From an uncultured Bacteroidia bacterium (GTDB lineage Bacteria > Bacteroidota > Bacteroidia > Bacteroidales > CAJPTX01), in contig CAUTNK010000008.1 in NCBI GenBank assembly GCA_963540065.1, forward strand, positions 20,447 through 84,446: DNA of 64,000 nt, given 5' to 3'. The stretch's first letter is position 1, and each line of letters begins with the position of its first letter. The translations under genes were made by a program, and so were the position numbers. The notes beneath the pieces were generated by a model. The model saw only the letters and a list, made by a program, of their open reading frames with translations. It was not told the origin of the DNA and did no database searches. Of the stretch, positions 15,505 to 28,298 are shown in pieces.

Positions 15505-16812
15505 CTACTTTACCACTTTGAATACCTTACGCGCTGCAGCATTTTCTACAACAACCATGTACATACCAGCAGGTAAGTTTTCAGTATCCAATACGAGTTC
15601 GCTAGCACCATTCACAGGGAGGTTACGAACTACCATTCCTTGTGCGTTAAGCAACAATACACGCTCAGCAGCTGCTACTTCCTTTACAACCAACTGACCT
15701 TGGAACGGATTCGGGTATACACTAACACCAGCAAATGCGTTGTCAGCTACTGCAGCACCTGGATCTGGTGTTGGATCGCCGCCTTCTTCTTCATAATCAA
15801 GAGTAGCGCTCAAAATAAAGTACTCAAATTTAATCTCCCCATTCTTATCCTTAGCAGGAATAAACTTCGCTAAAGCCTGTTTATTTTGTAATAAATATTG
15901 GAAACCTTTTTCTTTTCCTACTGCAGCAGTGAGATCATAAGGTCCTTCTTTCTGCTCCTCCGCTCTTTGTATTTTGTACTTAGCACTCAATTCTACAAAC
16001 TCTGCATCTTTTTTCCGAAATAAGAGTAATGCATAGTAAGTACCAATATTTGCTTGGAAGGGTACATCAACCATATGCTCATCTGCTGTATCATATTTCG
16101 CAGGTGTTCCATCTGCCTTTAGAATCATTGGAATAGCAGCGAATACTAACATCGCTTCCTTTTTATTAAGCTCTATGTCTGCTTTAAACTTAGGCTTCGC
16201 ATCTGTTGCTTTCGGTGTTAGTGTTACATCGGTTTCATCTGTTTGTATTTCCAATACTCTATTTACCATCACTTCTGTTACCTTTGTTTTTGCATCAGAA
16301 GATTCTAAAGTAACATCTTTGCCCATAGGTACTTTCGTAACATCCACCAGTATCTTTGTTTTAGGATGGATCAAAGATACATCTGCCGGTGCCATTTTAT
16401 ACTCAAAATCTGTAATAGAGTTTACCGTAACCTTAATACCTTTTGCAAATGCTGCCTTAATTTCTACGTTCTTTGCATCTTTATAAATATAGGCACTTCC
16501 TACCCACTTCTGCTCTTTAGCCACACGCTCAAGTGTAGGCATTTCGGCTTCAGGGCTGTCGAATGTTTGTGTTACAGTAACAGCAGGGGCATTCTCTGCT
16601 GCTTTTACAGTAACAGTAATAGTTATAGCACCACCAGCAAAAGTACCATCTGTTGGTACTTCTTTTTCCGTTTCACCATCCTTGTAAGTAACAGTAAGAG
16701 TTCCATCTGTATCTGCGGGCTTCGTAATTGTCACTGGTATAGCGCTCGCGAAACTACATGCCAGTACAGCAACAGCCAATGCCGTAACTTTCAACCAAGT
16801 ATACATTTTCAT
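15505..16812 (-). CDS. T9SS cargo protein of unknown function
   Basis: 435 aa with a signal peptide (MKMYTWLKVTALAVAVLACSFASA). The body is K/E/T/V-rich and I could assign no domain. The C-terminal sorting domain reads VYPNPFQGQLVV...LPAGMYMVVVE...KVFKVVK. Confidence 0.75.
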   Translation of the reverse strand: MKMYTWLKVTALAVAVLACSFASAIPVTITKPADTDGTLTVTYKDGETEKEVPTDGTFAGGAITITVTVKAAENAPAVTVTQTFDSPEAEMPTLERVAKEQKWVGSAYIYKDAKNVEIKAAFAKGIKVTVNSITDFEYKMAPADVSLIHPKTKILVDVTKVPMGKDVTLESSDAKTKVTEVMVNRVLEIQTDETDVTLTPKATDAKPKFKADIELNKKEAMLVFAAIPMILKADGTPAKYDTADEHMVDVPFQANIGTYYALLLFRKKDAEFVELSAKYKIQRAEEQKEGPYDLTAAVGKEKGFQYLLQNKQALAKFIPAKDKNGEIKFEYFILSATLDYEEEGGDPTPDPGAAVADNAFAGVSVYPNPFQGQLVVKEVAAAERVLLLNAQGMVVRNLPVNGASELVLDTENLPAGMYMVVVENAAARKVFKVVK

Positions 16813-16969
16813 GCCTGTTCTCCTAAAAAATTTAGTTAAAGAGTTTACTTCTTAAAACACTCCGTTGTGTTTCCTTATTCAAAGATAATTCTTTTTTTGA
16901 AATCCAAAACCTTAATTTCGGATACAAACGCCACTAACCCTAAAAAGCGAGTCCGATGAGTTATGTGTC

Positions 16970-19900
16970 TTAACTCTTTCGTTCTTCGCTAACCTGCAGT
17001 CTATCAAATTCTCTGAGACCAGTCCCTGCTGGAATTAAATGCCCACAAATGACGTTTTCTTTCAAGCCTTCTAGGATATCTACCTTTGCACGGATAGCAG
17101 CATCGTTAAGGACTTTGGTAGTTTCTTGGAAGGATGCAGCTGCCATAAAGCTATTCGTCTGCAGCGCTGCGCGTGTAATCCCCTGTAGGATCTGTGCCGC
17201 TGTTGCTGGTCGTACTTTTCGGAACTCCATCACCTGCATATCGTTGCGCTTCAAAGCCGAGTTTTCCTCTCGTGCTTGTCTTTCGTTAATTATTTGCCCT
17301 TCCTTATATTTTTTAGAATCTCCGGTGCTAATAACAATGCATTTCCCGAGGATAGCAGCATTTCCGTTTATGAAATCCCACTTATCCACGATATCGTGTT
17401 CGAGGAACTGGGTATCGCCTGCGTCTACGATTTCCACTTTTCGCATCATTTGGCGTACAATCACCTCGAAGTGCTTGTTGTTAATAACCACCCCTTGCGA
17501 GAGGTACACCTTCTGCACCTCGTTTACGATATATTCTTGCACAGCCGTAGCGCCCTGTATCGCGAGGATATCGCTTGGTGTAATAGCACCATTGGATAGG
17601 GGCATTCCTGCCTTTACATAGTCACCGTCCTGTACCAGAATCTGCTTAGCTAAGTTTATGGTGTAGCTCTTAGTCTCTTGTAGCTTGGGGTTGGTAACCG
17701 TGATTTCGCGCCCCGTACGCTTGAGTTTCTGACTGACAGAAACAACACCATCAATCTCAGCCACAATAGCCGGGTTCGATGGGTTCCGCGCTTCGAAGAG
17801 CTCGGTTACACGTGGCAGACCACCGGTAATATCGCCCGAGGACTCACGCGCCCTTGGGATCTTTGCAATAATATCTCCGGGTTTTACGGTGCTACCGTCC
17901 TTCACCACAACATGCGAATTTACAAAGAGATCGTGGGTTTTTAGTATCTCGTCACCTTTTCCAAGGATTCGTATTATAGGATACTTATTCTTATCTCGCG
18001 ACTCTATAATGATTATTTCCTTGTGTCCGGTTTGTGGGTCAGCTTCTTCACGGTACGTAGTGTCTCGGATCAACGATTCAAATTCTACTTTACCGCCCAC
18101 CTCGGTCAACACTGGGTTGTTCCAAGTATCCCAAGAGCAAATCAGGGTATCTTTTTCAACAATCGTATCCTCTTTTACGTATAGGGTAGCACCGTAGGGG
18201 ACATCGTATGCTTCTAGGGTCTCGTGCGTATCTATATCCTCTAAACGCACAGTTACCATACGCCCTACCACGACGTCACACTTTTCGTTATCGCGTTTGA
18301 CGCCCTTAAGGATCTTTAAGTCTTCAAAAACCAACTTCCCACTGTGTTGTACTCTGATAGACGAAGTAGCAGACGCGCCGGATGTAGTCCCCCCTGTATG
18401 GAAGGTTCGCAAGGTGAGCTGCGTACCCGGTTCGCCAATAGACTGTGCCGCAATAATACCGACAGCTTCGCCTTTTTGTACCATTTGTGCGGTTGCAAGG
18501 TTTCGACCGTAGCATTTTGCACAAACCCCCTTCGCAGCTTCGCAGGTTAGTACCGAACGGATCTCCACTTGGCGGACTTTGTGTTCGTTGATTATATCAC
18601 ACACGTTCTCGGTAAGCTCCGTACCTGCTTGTATAATAATATCGCCCGTTTTTGGGTCACGAATGTCGTCGACACAAACACGCCCGAGGAGCTTATCGGA
18701 GAATTCCTTCTGCGCTTCTGCTTCGGTTTGTTCATTTCGCTTTTGGTACGATGTCAGTAAACCACGCAGCGTACCGCAATCCTCTTCGGTGATGATAACA
18801 TCCTGCGAGACGTCTACCAAACGTCGGGTTAGGTAGCCTGCATCAGCGGTCTTTAATGCTGTATCTGCCAACCCCTTACGTGCACCATGCGTAGAAATAA
18901 AGAACTCTAGCACAGAAAGCCCTTCTTTGAAATTTGCAAGGATAGGGTTCTCGATGACATCGTTGTCGCTAGCTCCCGATTTTTGCGGTTTTGCCATCAA
19001 ACCACGCATTCCTCCCAGCTGACGGATTTGGTCTTTAGAACCACGCGCCCCTGAATCCAACATCATATACACAGAGTTGAAGCCTTGGTTGTCGTCCTTG
19101 AGCTCCTTCATCAGGGAGTTTGTCACCTCGGTAACCACGTTTTTCCACGCGTCGACCACTTGGTTGTAACGCTCTTGGTTGGTTACCATACCGAAGTTGT
19201 AGTTGGAAGTAATTTCCTCTACACGCTTATAACCTTCGTTTACGATAGCTTGCTTATTGGCGGGGATAATAACATCGTCCAAATTAAAGGAAAGTCCTCC
19301 CTGAAATGCCATCTTATAGCCCAGTTCTTTAATATCGTCGAGGAACTGTGCAGTACGTGCGATCCCTGTAAATTTCAGGACATCACCGATGAGTCCGCGC
19401 AAAGAACCCTTAGTTAGTAGGATGTTGATGAATCCCAACTCTTTCGGGACTTTTAGGTTGAATAATATTCGTCCTACGGTAGTCTCTATCAGAGTACCCT
19501 CATGCATGACTCGTACTTTAGCATGCAGCGCAACCGCTTTTTCGTTGTATGCGATGATCGCCTCTTCGAAACCGTAGAATATTCTCCCCTCACCTTTTGC
19601 ATGATCGCGTGGTTTGGTCATGTAGTACAAGCCAAGCACCATGTCCTGCGAAGGCACCGTAATAGGTCGCCCATTGGCCGGATTTAGGATATTGTGCGAA
19701 CCCAACATAAGGAGCTGTGCTTCGACAACGGCGGCATTGCTAAGCGGGAGGTGCACAGCCATTTGGTCACCATCAAAATCGGCATTGAATGCCGTACATG
19801 CTAGAGGGTGCAGCTGAATTGCTTTCCCTTCGATAAGTTTAGGTTGGAAAGCTTGCATCCCGAGACGGTGCAAGGTTGGAGCTCGGTTAAGGAGGACAGG

Positions 19901-21181
19901 GTGTCCCTTTAACTCATTTTCGAGGATGTCCCAGATGATGGGGTCGCGTCGGTCTACAATCTTTCGCGCTGATTTGACTGTTTTTACCACACCACGATCC
20001 ATCAACTTCCTAATGATAAATGGCTTGTAGAGTTCAGCAGCCATATCTTTCGGAAGCCCGCACTCATGCATTTTAAGTTCTGGACCGACCACAATTACCG
20101 AACGCGCAGAATAGTCTACGCGCTTCCCGAGTAGATTCTGACGGAAGCGTCCACGTTTCCCTTTCAAGCTATCGCTCAGGGACTTAAGCGGACGATTACC
20201 ATCTGTTTTCACCACTTGCGAACGACGCGTATTATCAAAAAGCGAATCTACGGCTTCTTGTAGCATACGCTTTTCGTTGCGCAGGATAACATCAGGCGCT
20301 TTTATCTCTAATAGCTTCTTCAAACGATTGTTGCGAATGATGACTCGCCTGTAGAGATCGTTGAGATCGGATGTTGCGAAACGTCCGCCATCCAGTGGCA
20401 CTAGGGGACGTAATTCCGGCGGGATAACCGGGACAATGCGCAAAATCATCCACTCCGGCTTATTCACGCCTTTTGACTCGCGAAAAGCTTCAACCACTTG
20501 CAAGCGTTTCAGCGCTTCATTTTTCCGCTGTTGCGAGGTTTCGCGTTCTACCTTAGAGCGGAGCTCGTAGCTCAGGTCATCCAGATTCAGATGCGCGAGC
20601 AATTGCTCGAGTGCTCCCGCCCCCATAGCAGCGACGAACTTATCGGGATTATCGTCGCTCATGGATGCATTATCGGGCAATGTTTTTAAGGTATTTAGAT
20701 ACTCTTCCTCAGTGAGGAGATCCATAACCTTGTAAGAGGTTTTCCCGGGCTGCAGGACGACATAGCGCTCGTAGTAAATAACCATATCGAGCTTCTTGCT
20801 AGGTAGCCCCAGCAGATGCCCGATTTTGTTGGGTAGCGAACGGAAATACCAGATATGCGCAACCGGGACAACTAGCTCGATATGCCCCATACGTTCGCGC
20901 CGAACTTTCTTTTCGGTAACCTCTACTCCGCAACGATCACAAACAATCCCACGGTAGCGGACGCGTTTGTATTTTCCGCAATGACATTCAAAATCCTTTA
21001 CAGGACCGAATATTTTTTCGCAGAAAAGCCCGTCACGTTCTGGTTTGTAGGTACGATAATTAATAGTTTCGGGTCTGACGACTTCACCACTCGAGCGTTC
21101 GAGGATCTCGTTAGGTGCCGCCAGACTTATAGTAATGCTCGTAAATTGTGCAGACTCTTTATTTTCTTTTCGGTAAGCCAT
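16970..21181 (-). CDS. rpoC: DNA-directed RNA polymerase subunit beta'
   Basis: 1403 aa with the catalytic NADFDGDQM motif and zinc-binding CHCGKY...CDRCG. Confidence 0.98.
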   Translation of the reverse strand: MAYRKENKESAQFTSITISLAAPNEILERSSGEVVRPETINYRTYKPERDGLFCEKIFGPVKDFECHCGKYKRVRYRGIVCDRCGVEVTEKKVRRERMGHIELVVPVAHIWYFRSLPNKIGHLLGLPSKKLDMVIYYERYVVLQPGKTSYKVMDLLTEEEYLNTLKTLPDNASMSDDNPDKFVAAMGAGALEQLLAHLNLDDLSYELRSKVERETSQQRKNEALKRLQVVEAFRESKGVNKPEWMILRIVPVIPPELRPLVPLDGGRFATSDLNDLYRRVIIRNNRLKKLLEIKAPDVILRNEKRMLQEAVDSLFDNTRRSQVVKTDGNRPLKSLSDSLKGKRGRFRQNLLGKRVDYSARSVIVVGPELKMHECGLPKDMAAELYKPFIIRKLMDRGVVKTVKSARKIVDRRDPIIWDILENELKGHPVLLNRAPTLHRLGMQAFQPKLIEGKAIQLHPLACTAFNADFDGDQMAVHLPLSNAAVVEAQLLMLGSHNILNPANGRPITVPSQDMVLGLYYMTKPRDHAKGEGRIFYGFEEAIIAYNEKAVALHAKVRVMHEGTLIETTVGRILFNLKVPKELGFINILLTKGSLRGLIGDVLKFTGIARTAQFLDDIKELGYKMAFQGGLSFNLDDVIIPANKQAIVNEGYKRVEEITSNYNFGMVTNQERYNQVVDAWKNVVTEVTNSLMKELKDDNQGFNSVYMMLDSGARGSKDQIRQLGGMRGLMAKPQKSGASDNDVIENPILANFKEGLSVLEFFISTHGARKGLADTALKTADAGYLTRRLVDVSQDVIITEEDCGTLRGLLTSYQKRNEQTEAEAQKEFSDKLLGRVCVDDIRDPKTGDIIIQAGTELTENVCDIINEHKVRQVEIRSVLTCEAAKGVCAKCYGRNLATAQMVQKGEAVGIIAAQSIGEPGTQLTLRTFHTGGTTSGASATSSIRVQHSGKLVFEDLKILKGVKRDNEKCDVVVGRMVTVRLEDIDTHETLEAYDVPYGATLYVKEDTIVEKDTLICSWDTWNNPVLTEVGGKVEFESLIRDTTYREEADPQTGHKEIIIIESRDKNKYPIIRILGKGDEILKTHDLFVNSHVVVKDGSTVKPGDIIAKIPRARESSGDITGGLPRVTELFEARNPSNPAIVAEIDGVVSVSQKLKRTGREITVTNPKLQETKSYTINLAKQILVQDGDYVKAGMPLSNGAITPSDILAIQGATAVQEYIVNEVQKVYLSQGVVINNKHFEVIVRQMMRKVEIVDAGDTQFLEHDIVDKWDFINGNAAILGKCIVISTGDSKKYKEGQIINERQAREENSALKRNDMQVMEFRKVRPATAAQILQGITRAALQTNSFMAAASFQETTKVLNDAAIRAKVDILEGLKENVICGHLIPAGTGLREFDRLQVSEERKS

Positions 21182-21207
21182 TGATTCAACTATTAAAAGC
21201 GTACACC

Positions 21208-24200
21208 TTAATCAAATTTTATATTGAGCCCCAATCCACGCAACTCGTGGAGGAGCACGTTGAGCGATTCGGGAATGCCGGGTTGTGGCATCAAATCGCC
21301 CTTTACAATAGCTTCGTAGGTTCTGGCACGCCCTTCGACGTCGTCAGACTTCACGGTAAGGATTTCCTGCAGAATATGTGCCGCTCCGAAAGCTTCGAGT
21401 GCCCATACCTCCATTTCACCGAATCGTTGTCCTCCGAATTGCGCTTTACCACCGAGAGGCTGCTGTGTGATGAGAGAGTATGGACCAATCGAACGGGCAT
21501 GCATTTTGTCGTCCACCATATGCCCGAGTTTCAGCATGTAGATGACCCCGACGGTTGCAGGTTGGTCGAAGAGCTCGCCGGTTCCCCCATCGCGGAGCTG
21601 GATTTTTCCGAAACGAGGCAAACCAGCTTTTTCGGTATAGGTAGTAATGTCGTCTAGCGAAGCACCATCGAAGACAGGGGTGGCAAACTTCAGGTTAAGG
21701 GAGCGCCCAGCCCAGCCCAAGATCGTTTCGTATATCTGCCCTAGGTTCATACGCGAAGGCACACCTAGAGGATTTAATACTATATCCATAGGTGTTCCGT
21801 CTGGCAGGAATGGCATATCCGAATCTTTGACAATTTTCGCCACGATACCTTTATTACCGTGTCTACCTGCCATTTTATCACCGACGCGGATTTTGCGTTT
21901 TTTAGCGATATAGACCTTTGCCATCTGTAGAATACCAGCAGGCATCTCGTCTCCTATCTGGATTTTTGCAATCCGTCGTTGCCGTTCTGCATCCAGTTCG
22001 CGATACTTGCGGATGTAGTTCATGATAAGCTTTACGACAAGGTCGCTCAACTGCTTATCTGCCACCCAGTGGAAGGGATCAACTTCTAAGAAGTCTATCA
22101 GCTGCAAGTTCTTTTGCGTAAACTTCTGCCCCTTTGCAATTTTTACTTCCCCTGTGTAATTCGAGATACCTTGCGAGAGTTTTCCCACGAGTCTCGTCTC
22201 TAACTTTTGGATCAGTAGATCGCGAATTTTTGCAACTTCGTGATTAAAATCGCTTTCCACCTTTTCGAGATCGACCTTACTGCTAGATCTACCACTTCTG
22301 GCATCCTTATTGACACCCGAGAAGAGATGCTTACGAATTACCACACCGTTAAGAGAGGGCGGTGCCTTCAAAGATGCATCCTTCACATCGCCAGCCTTAT
22401 CTCCGAATATCGCTCGCAACAACTTTTCTTCAGCGGAAGGATCCGACTCGCCTTTTGGTGTAATCTTCCCGATTAGAATATCGCCGGGAGCAACTCGCGC
22501 ACCAATCCGAATCATCCCATGCTCGTCGAGTTCCTTTGTCGCCTCTTCGCTTACATTGGGGATATCGGAAGTCAATTCTTCTTGTCCACGCTTGGTATCG
22601 CGAACTTCCAGTATATACTCGTCGACGTGCACAGAAGTGAAGTAATCCTCGCGTACGAGTCGCTCGTTAATCACGATAGCATCTTCAAAGTTGTAACCCT
22701 TCCACGGCATAAATGCCACTAATAGGTTTCTTCCGAGCGCTAGCTCGCCGTGATCTGTTGCATAACCGTCGGAGAGTAAATCACCTTTCTTTACACGCTG
22801 CCCTTTCTCAACAATCGGACGTAGTGTCAAGCTCGTATTTTGGTTTGTTTTTAGGAATTTGGGGAGGTTGTAGGTCTTTTCCGGACCGTCAAAGCTTACG
22901 AACTCTTCCTCTTCGGTTTGCTCGTATCGCACGATTATTTTGTCGGCATCTACGTATGTTACAACCCCTTCGCCCTCTGCTACGACTTGCACACGCGAAT
23001 CGCGAACAACCATTCCCTCCAAGCCGGTACCTACAATAGGCGCTTCAGGAACTAGGAGCGGCACTGCTTGACGCATCATGTTAGAGCCCATAAGCGCACG
23101 GTTCGCGTCGTCATTCTCAAGGAACGGGATTAACGAAGCAGCAATAGAGGCTATTTGGTTGGGGGCAACGTCCATCAGAGCTATACTATTAGCATCTGCC
23201 AGTGGAAAATCGCCTTCGTGTCTAGCTCGTACTTTAGGATTTTTGAAATGGTCGTCGTCAGCAATCGGCGCATTTGCCTGTGCAATGATAAGTTTCTCTT
23301 CTTCCTCAGCAGAGCAATAAACAACCCCTTTGGACGAGAAATCTACCTTAGCATCCTTTACTTTTCGGTAGGGCGTCTCAATGAAACCCATAGAATTGAT
23401 GCGCGCAAAGACACAGAGCGAGGATATCAGACCGATGTTAGGTCCTTCTGGCGTCTCGATCGGACAAAGTCGACCGTAGTGCGTATAGTGTACGTCTCGG
23501 ACTTCGAATCCCGCACGATCTCGCGAAAGACCACCTGGACCAAGTGCCGAGAGACGACGTTTGTGGGTCATCTCCGCCAACGGATTGGTTTGATCCATAA
23601 ACTGCGAGAGTTGATTAGTTCCAAAGAACGAGTTGATAACCGAGGTTAGCGTTTTAGAATTTATAAGGTCTGTGGGACCAAAGACTTCGTTATCCCGCAC
23701 ATTCATCCGCTCGCGTATGGTACGTGCCATGCGCTGCAAGCCTACGTTGAAATAGCTAGCCAGCTGTTCGCCTACGGTACGTACCCGTCGATTACTCAGG
23801 TGATCTATATCGTCTACGTCAGCCTTAGCGTTTTTAAGCTCGATGAGGTACTTGATAATCTGTACAATGTCCTCCTTAGTAAGAACATGTTCGTTCTCAT
23901 CAATATTGAGGTGCAACTTCCGATTGATCTTGAATCGCCCTACGGAACCGAGGTCGTAGCGTTTGCTAGAGAAGAATAGGTTTTCGATCGCCTCGTGCGC
24001 GACTTGTTCGTCTGGTGGTTCGGAATTGCGCAGGATGCGGTAGATATTCGTAACCGCTTCTTTTGTATCGTTGGTGGGGTCTTTTTCGAGAGTATCGTAA
24101 ATGACCTTGTATTCTGCAACAACAGAGGGATCGCTTTGCAGGGTTAAGGTAGTAATTTGATTATCCAGAATGAGCTTGATGTTTTCTTCGTCGAGTACTG

Positions 24201-25020
24201 CGCCACGATTTAGGAGGAGTTCGTAGCGTTCGACCATGATAAGTTCGCCTGTATCCTCGTCGACAAAATCCTCGCGTCTTACTTGCGAAATACGACCAGC
24301 CAGCACCCGCCCCTTGTATTTTGCGATATTCTTAGCGTTGACCTTAACCTCTTCGGCGAGACCATAAATATTAAGAATATCGTTGTCGGTACTGTATCCA
24401 ATGGCACGCAATAGCATCGTGACGGGCATTTTTTTCCGTCGGTCGATATATGCATACATCACATTGTTAATATCCGTAGCGAATTCGATCCACGATCCCT
24501 TAAATGGAATGATTCGCGCGGAGTAGAGCTTAGTACCGTTATTGTGTACGCTTTGCGCAAAGAAAACCCCTGGAGAGCGGTGCAACTGCGAGACCACGAC
24601 ACGCTCGGCACCGTTTATAACGAAGGTACCGCGCGGAGTCATATCCGGGATGGTACCCAAAAATACGTCCTGCGTAAGTGCTTTGAAATCGACGTGAGAT
24701 TCGTCGTTACAACTCAAGCGTAGTTTTGCTTTTAGAGAAACTCCGTAGGTAGCGCCACGTTCGATACATTCTTCAATAGAATAGCGTGAGGGTTCAATAT
24801 AATAGTCCAGAAATTCTAGAGTGTAGCTATTTCTGCTATCCTTAATAGGGAAAGTCTCGGCGAAGACCCTGTAGAGACCTTCGCTTTTCCTTTCTTCTGG
24901 AGTAGTCCAAAGTCGAAAAAAAGAGCGAAAGCTCTCGACTTGAACTTCAAGGAAATCGGGGTAATCGAATTGGGCACGTGCTCGTGCAAAAGTAACTCTT
25001 TGATTTTTCGAGGCTGCCAT
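21208..25020 (-). CDS. rpoB: DNA-directed RNA polymerase subunit beta
   Basis: It has conserved beta-subunit blocks ([17 protein letters not shown]-like [13 protein letters not shown]). The start is set at ATG 25020 ([11 protein letters not shown]...), giving 1270 aa; the ORF is open to 25077. Confidence 0.97.
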   Translation of the reverse strand: MAASKNQRVTFARARAQFDYPDFLEVQVESFRSFFRLWTTPEERKSEGLYRVFAETFPIKDSRNSYTLEFLDYYIEPSRYSIEECIERGATYGVSLKAKLRLSCNDESHVDFKALTQDVFLGTIPDMTPRGTFVINGAERVVVSQLHRSPGVFFAQSVHNNGTKLYSARIIPFKGSWIEFATDINNVMYAYIDRRKKMPVTMLLRAIGYSTDNDILNIYGLAEEVKVNAKNIAKYKGRVLAGRISQVRREDFVDEDTGELIMVERYELLLNRGAVLDEENIKLILDNQITTLTLQSDPSVVAEYKVIYDTLEKDPTNDTKEAVTNIYRILRNSEPPDEQVAHEAIENLFFSSKRYDLGSVGRFKINRKLHLNIDENEHVLTKEDIVQIIKYLIELKNAKADVDDIDHLSNRRVRTVGEQLASYFNVGLQRMARTIRERMNVRDNEVFGPTDLINSKTLTSVINSFFGTNQLSQFMDQTNPLAEMTHKRRLSALGPGGLSRDRAGFEVRDVHYTHYGRLCPIETPEGPNIGLISSLCVFARINSMGFIETPYRKVKDAKVDFSSKGVVYCSAEEEEKLIIAQANAPIADDDHFKNPKVRARHEGDFPLADANSIALMDVAPNQIASIAASLIPFLENDDANRALMGSNMMRQAVPLLVPEAPIVGTGLEGMVVRDSRVQVVAEGEGVVTYVDADKIIVRYEQTEEEEFVSFDGPEKTYNLPKFLKTNQNTSLTLRPIVEKGQRVKKGDLLSDGYATDHGELALGRNLLVAFMPWKGYNFEDAIVINERLVREDYFTSVHVDEYILEVRDTKRGQEELTSDIPNVSEEATKELDEHGMIRIGARVAPGDILIGKITPKGESDPSAEEKLLRAIFGDKAGDVKDASLKAPPSLNGVVIRKHLFSGVNKDARSGRSSSKVDLEKVESDFNHEVAKIRDLLIQKLETRLVGKLSQGISNYTGEVKIAKGQKFTQKNLQLIDFLEVDPFHWVADKQLSDLVVKLIMNYIRKYRELDAERQRRIAKIQIGDEMPAGILQMAKVYIAKKRKIRVGDKMAGRHGNKGIVAKIVKDSDMPFLPDGTPMDIVLNPLGVPSRMNLGQIYETILGWAGRSLNLKFATPVFDGASLDDITTYTEKAGLPRFGKIQLRDGGTGELFDQPATVGVIYMLKLGHMVDDKMHARSIGPYSLITQQPLGGKAQFGGQRFGEMEVWALEAFGAAHILQEILTVKSDDVEGRARTYEAIVKGDLMPQPGIPESLNVLLHELRGLGLNIKFD

Positions 25021-25077
25021 CGGGATCTGGGATATTAGAAGCTTAGTACGAGGGAAATAAATTTCAAAAGTATACAA

Positions 25078-25150
25078 GGTTTGTGATCCCCTCTATTGAG
25101 AGAACCACAAACCTCCGTTGATTGATTTAAGAAAGACCACTGACGGTCTT
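25078..25150 (-). promoter_or_regulatory. possible rplL-rpoB intergenic attenuator hairpins
   Basis: Two hairpins: GGTTTGTG with CACAAACC (25078-25113) and AAGACC with GGTCTT (25133-25150). On the minus strand the second is followed by a weak TCTT tract. The position is analogous to the enterobacterial rplL-rpoB attenuator. Confidence 0.3.
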
Positions 25151-25175
25151 TTCTAAGAGTCAAAATCTCTGGGGA

Positions 25176-25550
25176 CTACTTCAATTCTACCTCAGCCCCT
25201 GCTTCTTCCAATTGTGCTTTCAGGGATTCCGCTTCTTCCTTCGATACTCCTTCTTTTAGGGCTTTTGGTGCAGCGTCTACTAATTCTTTAGCTTCTTTTA
25301 ACCCGAGACCCACGAGGTCTTTTACCAGCTTCACAATAGCTAATTTAGCTCCGCCTGCCGACTTTAGAATTACGTCGAACGAATTTTTCTCTTCAGCAGC
25401 AGCCGCACCACCAGCAGCGGGCGCTGCAACAGCCACAGCAGCAGCTGCGGGTTCGATACCGTACTGCTCTTTTAGAATATTTCCTAATTCAACAGCCTCT
25501 TTCACTGTTAGATTTACCAACTCTTCTGCCAATTTACTCAAATCAGCCAT
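25176..25550 (-). CDS. rplL: 50S ribosomal protein L7/L12
   Basis: 124 aa with an alanine-rich hinge and a conserved C-terminal domain (...[19 protein letters not shown]...). Confidence 0.96.
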   Translation of the reverse strand: MADLSKLAEELVNLTVKEAVELGNILKEQYGIEPAAAAVAVAAPAAGGAAAAEEKNSFDVILKSAGGAKLAIVKLVKDLVGLGLKEAKELVDAAPKALKEGVSKEEAESLKAQLEEAGAEVELK

Positions 25551-25603
25551 TTTTCTTTGCTTATTAAACTCGTTTCAAAAAAAATACGAACACACCACAC
25601 GCT

Positions 25604-26122
25604 CTAGCGTGCTTCTAATGTTTTTAGAACACCAGCCAACATCCTGCCACCGGCTTGCATAGCAGACAGTAAGTTTTGCGCTGGCGATTGTAGTAGAGTA
25701 ACGATCTCCGCTATCAACTCTTCGCGGCTCTTTAGCGTTGCTAGAGTCGATAATTGGTCGTCACCTAGGTACAGCGATTCTTCTACGTAAGCAGCTTTTA
25801 GGCGTAGGGGGCGCTCGTCGTTACGAAAATCCTTTATCACACGTGCGGGGATATTCCCTACCGTGGAAAAGAATACAGACGTAGTACCATTGAGTACTGT
25901 TGTAAGGTCAGATACGAACTGATTTTCGGTCTCTTCTAATGCAATACGGAAGAGGGTATTTTTCACCAAAACTAGTTCGATACCTTTTTCGAAACACTGA
26001 CGTCGGAGGGCAGATGTATTTTCGGCATTCAACCCTACCATTTCGCAGACGTAGAAGTGTGGATAGTTTGCAAGGTAACCCTTCAAATTATCTACTATTT
26101 GTCGTTTCTCATCTCTTGTCAT
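25604..26122 (-). CDS. rplJ: 50S ribosomal protein L10
   Basis: 172 aa, lying between rplA and rplL, with an L10-like sequence. Confidence 0.9.
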   Translation of the reverse strand: MTRDEKRQIVDNLKGYLANYPHFYVCEMVGLNAENTSALRRQCFEKGIELVLVKNTLFRIALEETENQFVSDLTTVLNGTTSVFFSTVGNIPARVIKDFRNDERPLRLKAAYVEESLYLGDDQLSTLATLKSREELIAEIVTLLQSPAQNLLSAMQAGGRMLAGVLKTLEAR

Positions 26123-26142
26123 GACTTTTCTTTCCTTTCATT

Positions 26143-26844
26143 TTACAGAGATGTCTCGCGCAAAGTTTGGAGATCGACGTTAACGCCAGGGCTCATGGTA
26201 CTGGAGAGGTATATACTCTTCACATAGGTACCTTTTAGAGAGTTGGGTTTTAGTCGATTTACCGTTGCGATAAATTCTTTTGCATTATCTGCAAGTTGCT
26301 CAACCGAAAAGGATACACGTCCGAGAGATACATGCATAACGCCGAACTTATCTACTCGGAAATCTATTTTCCCTTTCTTTACTTCGGTAACAGCTTTAGC
26401 AATATCCTGAGTAACAGTCCCACTTTTCGGGTTGGGCATCAATCCGCGTGGACCTAGGATACGCGCAATTTGTCCGACTTTAGCCATCAACTGCTGCATA
26501 GCAATGACGACGTCGAAGTCGAGCCATCCGCCTTTAATTTTCTCGATATACTCGTCAAGTCCGGCATAGTCGGCTCCAGCCGCTTTAGCTTCTTGTTCGA
26601 GTTCGGGAGTACAGAGCGCTAATACACGTAAGGTTTTCCCTGTCCCGTGCGGAAGAGTAACCACGCCACGTATCGCTTCGTTAGCTTTTCGTGGGTCGAC
26701 CCCTAGTCGCATATCAATATCGACGGAAGCGTCGAACTTGGTATAGGTCATTTTCTTAACCAAATCGAGAGCTTCCGTTAAGCTATATGCTTTTTTAGGA
26801 TCGACTAGTGCCAATGCTTCTTTTCTTTTTTTGGGGATACGCAT
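26143..26844 (-). CDS. rplA: 50S ribosomal protein L1
   Basis: 233 aa with an L1 signature region (...VTLPHGTGK...[15 protein letters not shown]). Confidence 0.95.
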   Translation of the reverse strand: MRIPKKRKEALALVDPKKAYSLTEALDLVKKMTYTKFDASVDIDMRLGVDPRKANEAIRGVVTLPHGTGKTLRVLALCTPELEQEAKAAGADYAGLDEYIEKIKGGWLDFDVVIAMQQLMAKVGQIARILGPRGLMPNPKSGTVTQDIAKAVTEVKKGKIDFRVDKFGVMHVSLGRVSFSVEQLADNAKEFIATVNRLKPNSLKGTYVKSIYLSSTMSPGVNVDLQTLRETSL

Positions 26845-26847
26845 TCG

Positions 26848-27300
26848 TTACGCTCCTTTCTCAGTTGTTGGGAAGTCGCCTTTAATAGCGATCCCCATAC
26901 TACGTGCGGTGCCGGCAACTAATCTCATTGCGGACTCGATCGTAAAACAGTTCAAGTCAGGCATTTTATCTTGCGCAATCTCCTTAACCTGATCCCAAGT
27001 AAGCGTACCTACTCGAGTCCGGTTTGGAGCAGCGGAGCCTGATTTCAGCTTCAAGATGTCCTTCAGAGCGGCAGCTACCGGTGGCTTCTTAACCACGAAA
27101 TCGAAAGACTTGTCGGTGTAGATTGTTAGGACTACAGGCAAGATCTTCCCTGCGAGGTCTTGTGTTCTCGCATTGAACTGCTTACAGAACTCTTGAATGT
27201 TTACGCCTCGAGAACCAAGAGCTGGACCAATAGGTGGCGCGGGTTTTGCCGCCGCACCGGGCACCTGTAGCTTTAGATAACCTGCTACTTCTTTTGCCAT
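26848..27300 (-). CDS. rplK: 50S ribosomal protein L11
   Basis: 150 aa with the L11 motif [22 protein letters not shown]. Confidence 0.95.
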   Translation of the reverse strand: MAKEVAGYLKLQVPGAAAKPAPPIGPALGSRGVNIQEFCKQFNARTQDLAGKILPVVLTIYTDKSFDFVVKKPPVAAALKDILKLKSGSAAPNRTRVGTLTWDQVKEIAQDKMPDLNCFTIESAMRLVAGTARSMGIAIKGDFPTTEKGA

Positions 27301-27319
27301 AACTCTTATTTTTTCTCTA

Positions 27320-27922
27320 TTATTCTTTGTCCACTTGTGTGTAACTCAACTCTAGGGGCATGAGTCGCTCGAAGATCCGTACCTCTACTTGTAGCCGGTG
27401 TCTAACTTCGTCGACCGAGGTCACCGTACCCGTACATGTATTGAACGGACCGTCGATAACCTTAACCACATCCCCGATCTTATAGGGGATAAGTAACGAT
27501 GTTTCGTCGGCACTTTCGTCCACATTATGTAGCATACGTTTAACTTCGGCATCTTGTAGAGCAGCAGGCATTTCTTCAATGCCTTCTTTTCTACGTTCCG
27601 CGGTTAGAAAACCTAGAACTTCGGGCGCATTTCGTAGCAGGTGTACGACCTCTTTGGTCATAATCGCCTCTACGAAGACGTAGCCCGAGTAAAGGACTTT
27701 TTCTTTACGTACTCTTTTTCCGTTACGTTGTTGAATTACGAACTCAACGGGGACGAGTATTCGAGGAATGAGATCTTCAAAATGGAGTCGAGCAACTTCA
27801 TTTTCGAGATACTGACATACGCGTTTTTCGCGGCTACTGATGACGCGGAGTACATACCATCCCAACTGCAAAGCGGGAGCTTTTGCAGGATTAGTATCCA
27901 TAGTGGGATTTGTATCAGTCAT
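27320..27922 (-). CDS. nusG: transcription termination/antitermination factor NusG
   Basis: 200 aa with an NGN domain (WYVLRV...) and a KOW motif ([11 protein letters not shown]). It lies between secE and rplK. A short N-terminal extension contains a duplicated DTNP. Confidence 0.9.
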   Translation of the reverse strand: MTDTNPTMDTNPAKAPALQLGWYVLRVISSREKRVCQYLENEVARLHFEDLIPRILVPVEFVIQQRNGKRVRKEKVLYSGYVFVEAIMTKEVVHLLRNAPEVLGFLTAERRKEGIEEMPAALQDAEVKRMLHNVDESADETSLLIPYKIGDVVKVIDGPFNTCTGTVTSVDEVRHRLQVEVRIFERLMPLELSYTQVDKE

Positions 27923-27941
27923 TTGTAGAGCGTTGGGTATT

Positions 27942-28130
27942 TTAGTACAACAGGCGATAGATCCAGTCCATCACGTGTTCGAAAGAGAAGTCCATGAGGA
28001 AAATCACAACGGCTATCAATAGGGAAGCAATCATAACTATCATAGCACTGGATTGGAGCTCCTTCCAAGTAGGCCAAGAGACCTTGTGGAGCATCTCGTC
28101 ATAGACTTCGCGAAAGTATGTCAGTTTCAT
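27942..28130 (-). CDS. secE: preprotein translocase subunit SecE
   Basis: 62 aa with a single C-terminal TM helix, in the canonical position between tRNA-Trp and nusG. Confidence 0.8.
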   Translation of the reverse strand: MKLTYFREVYDEMLHKVSWPTWKELQSSAMIVMIASLLIAVVIFLMDFSFEHVMDWIYRLLY

Positions 28131-28147
28131 CTCACTACTCGATATAG

Positions 28148-28220
28148 CACGGGAGGAGCGACTCGAACGCCCGACACCTAGTTTTGGAGACTAGTGCTCT
28201 ACCAACTGAGCTACACCCGT
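28148..28220 (-). tRNA. tRNA-Trp (CCA)
   Basis: The minus strand reads ACGGGTG-TA-GCTC-AGTTGGTA-GAGC-A-CTAGT-CTCCAAA-ACTAG-GTGTC-GGGCG-TTCGAGT-CGCTC-CTCCCGT-G. There is one U6-U67 mismatch in the acceptor stem. Confidence 0.85.
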
Positions 28221-28221
28221 T

Positions 28222-28263
28222 CAAAAAGGCGGTAGAGTGGTACAGTATCCTCTCTACGCGCCT
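28222..28263 (-). terminator. hairpin plus U-tract between tuf and tRNA-Trp (terminator or processing hairpin)
   Basis: The minus-strand stem is about 10 bp (28228-28237 with 28252-28262, one bulge) and is followed by TTTTT. The U-tract ends 2 nt before the tRNA-Trp 5' end. Confidence 0.45.
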
Positions 28264-28298
28264 TTCGATTTTTCTTTGTTTTAATTTACCAGTTTATC

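Noticed and set aside
17049-17621. Long antisense ORFs inside rpoC, rpoB, fusA, groL, nifJ, gldM and other genes (for example 17049-17621, 23155-23649, 53731-54153, 60643-61098).
   Set aside because: They lie opposite strongly supported conserved genes. They have Ser/Arg/Cys-rich, low-complexity translations typical of antisense frames, and none has a recognisable motif.
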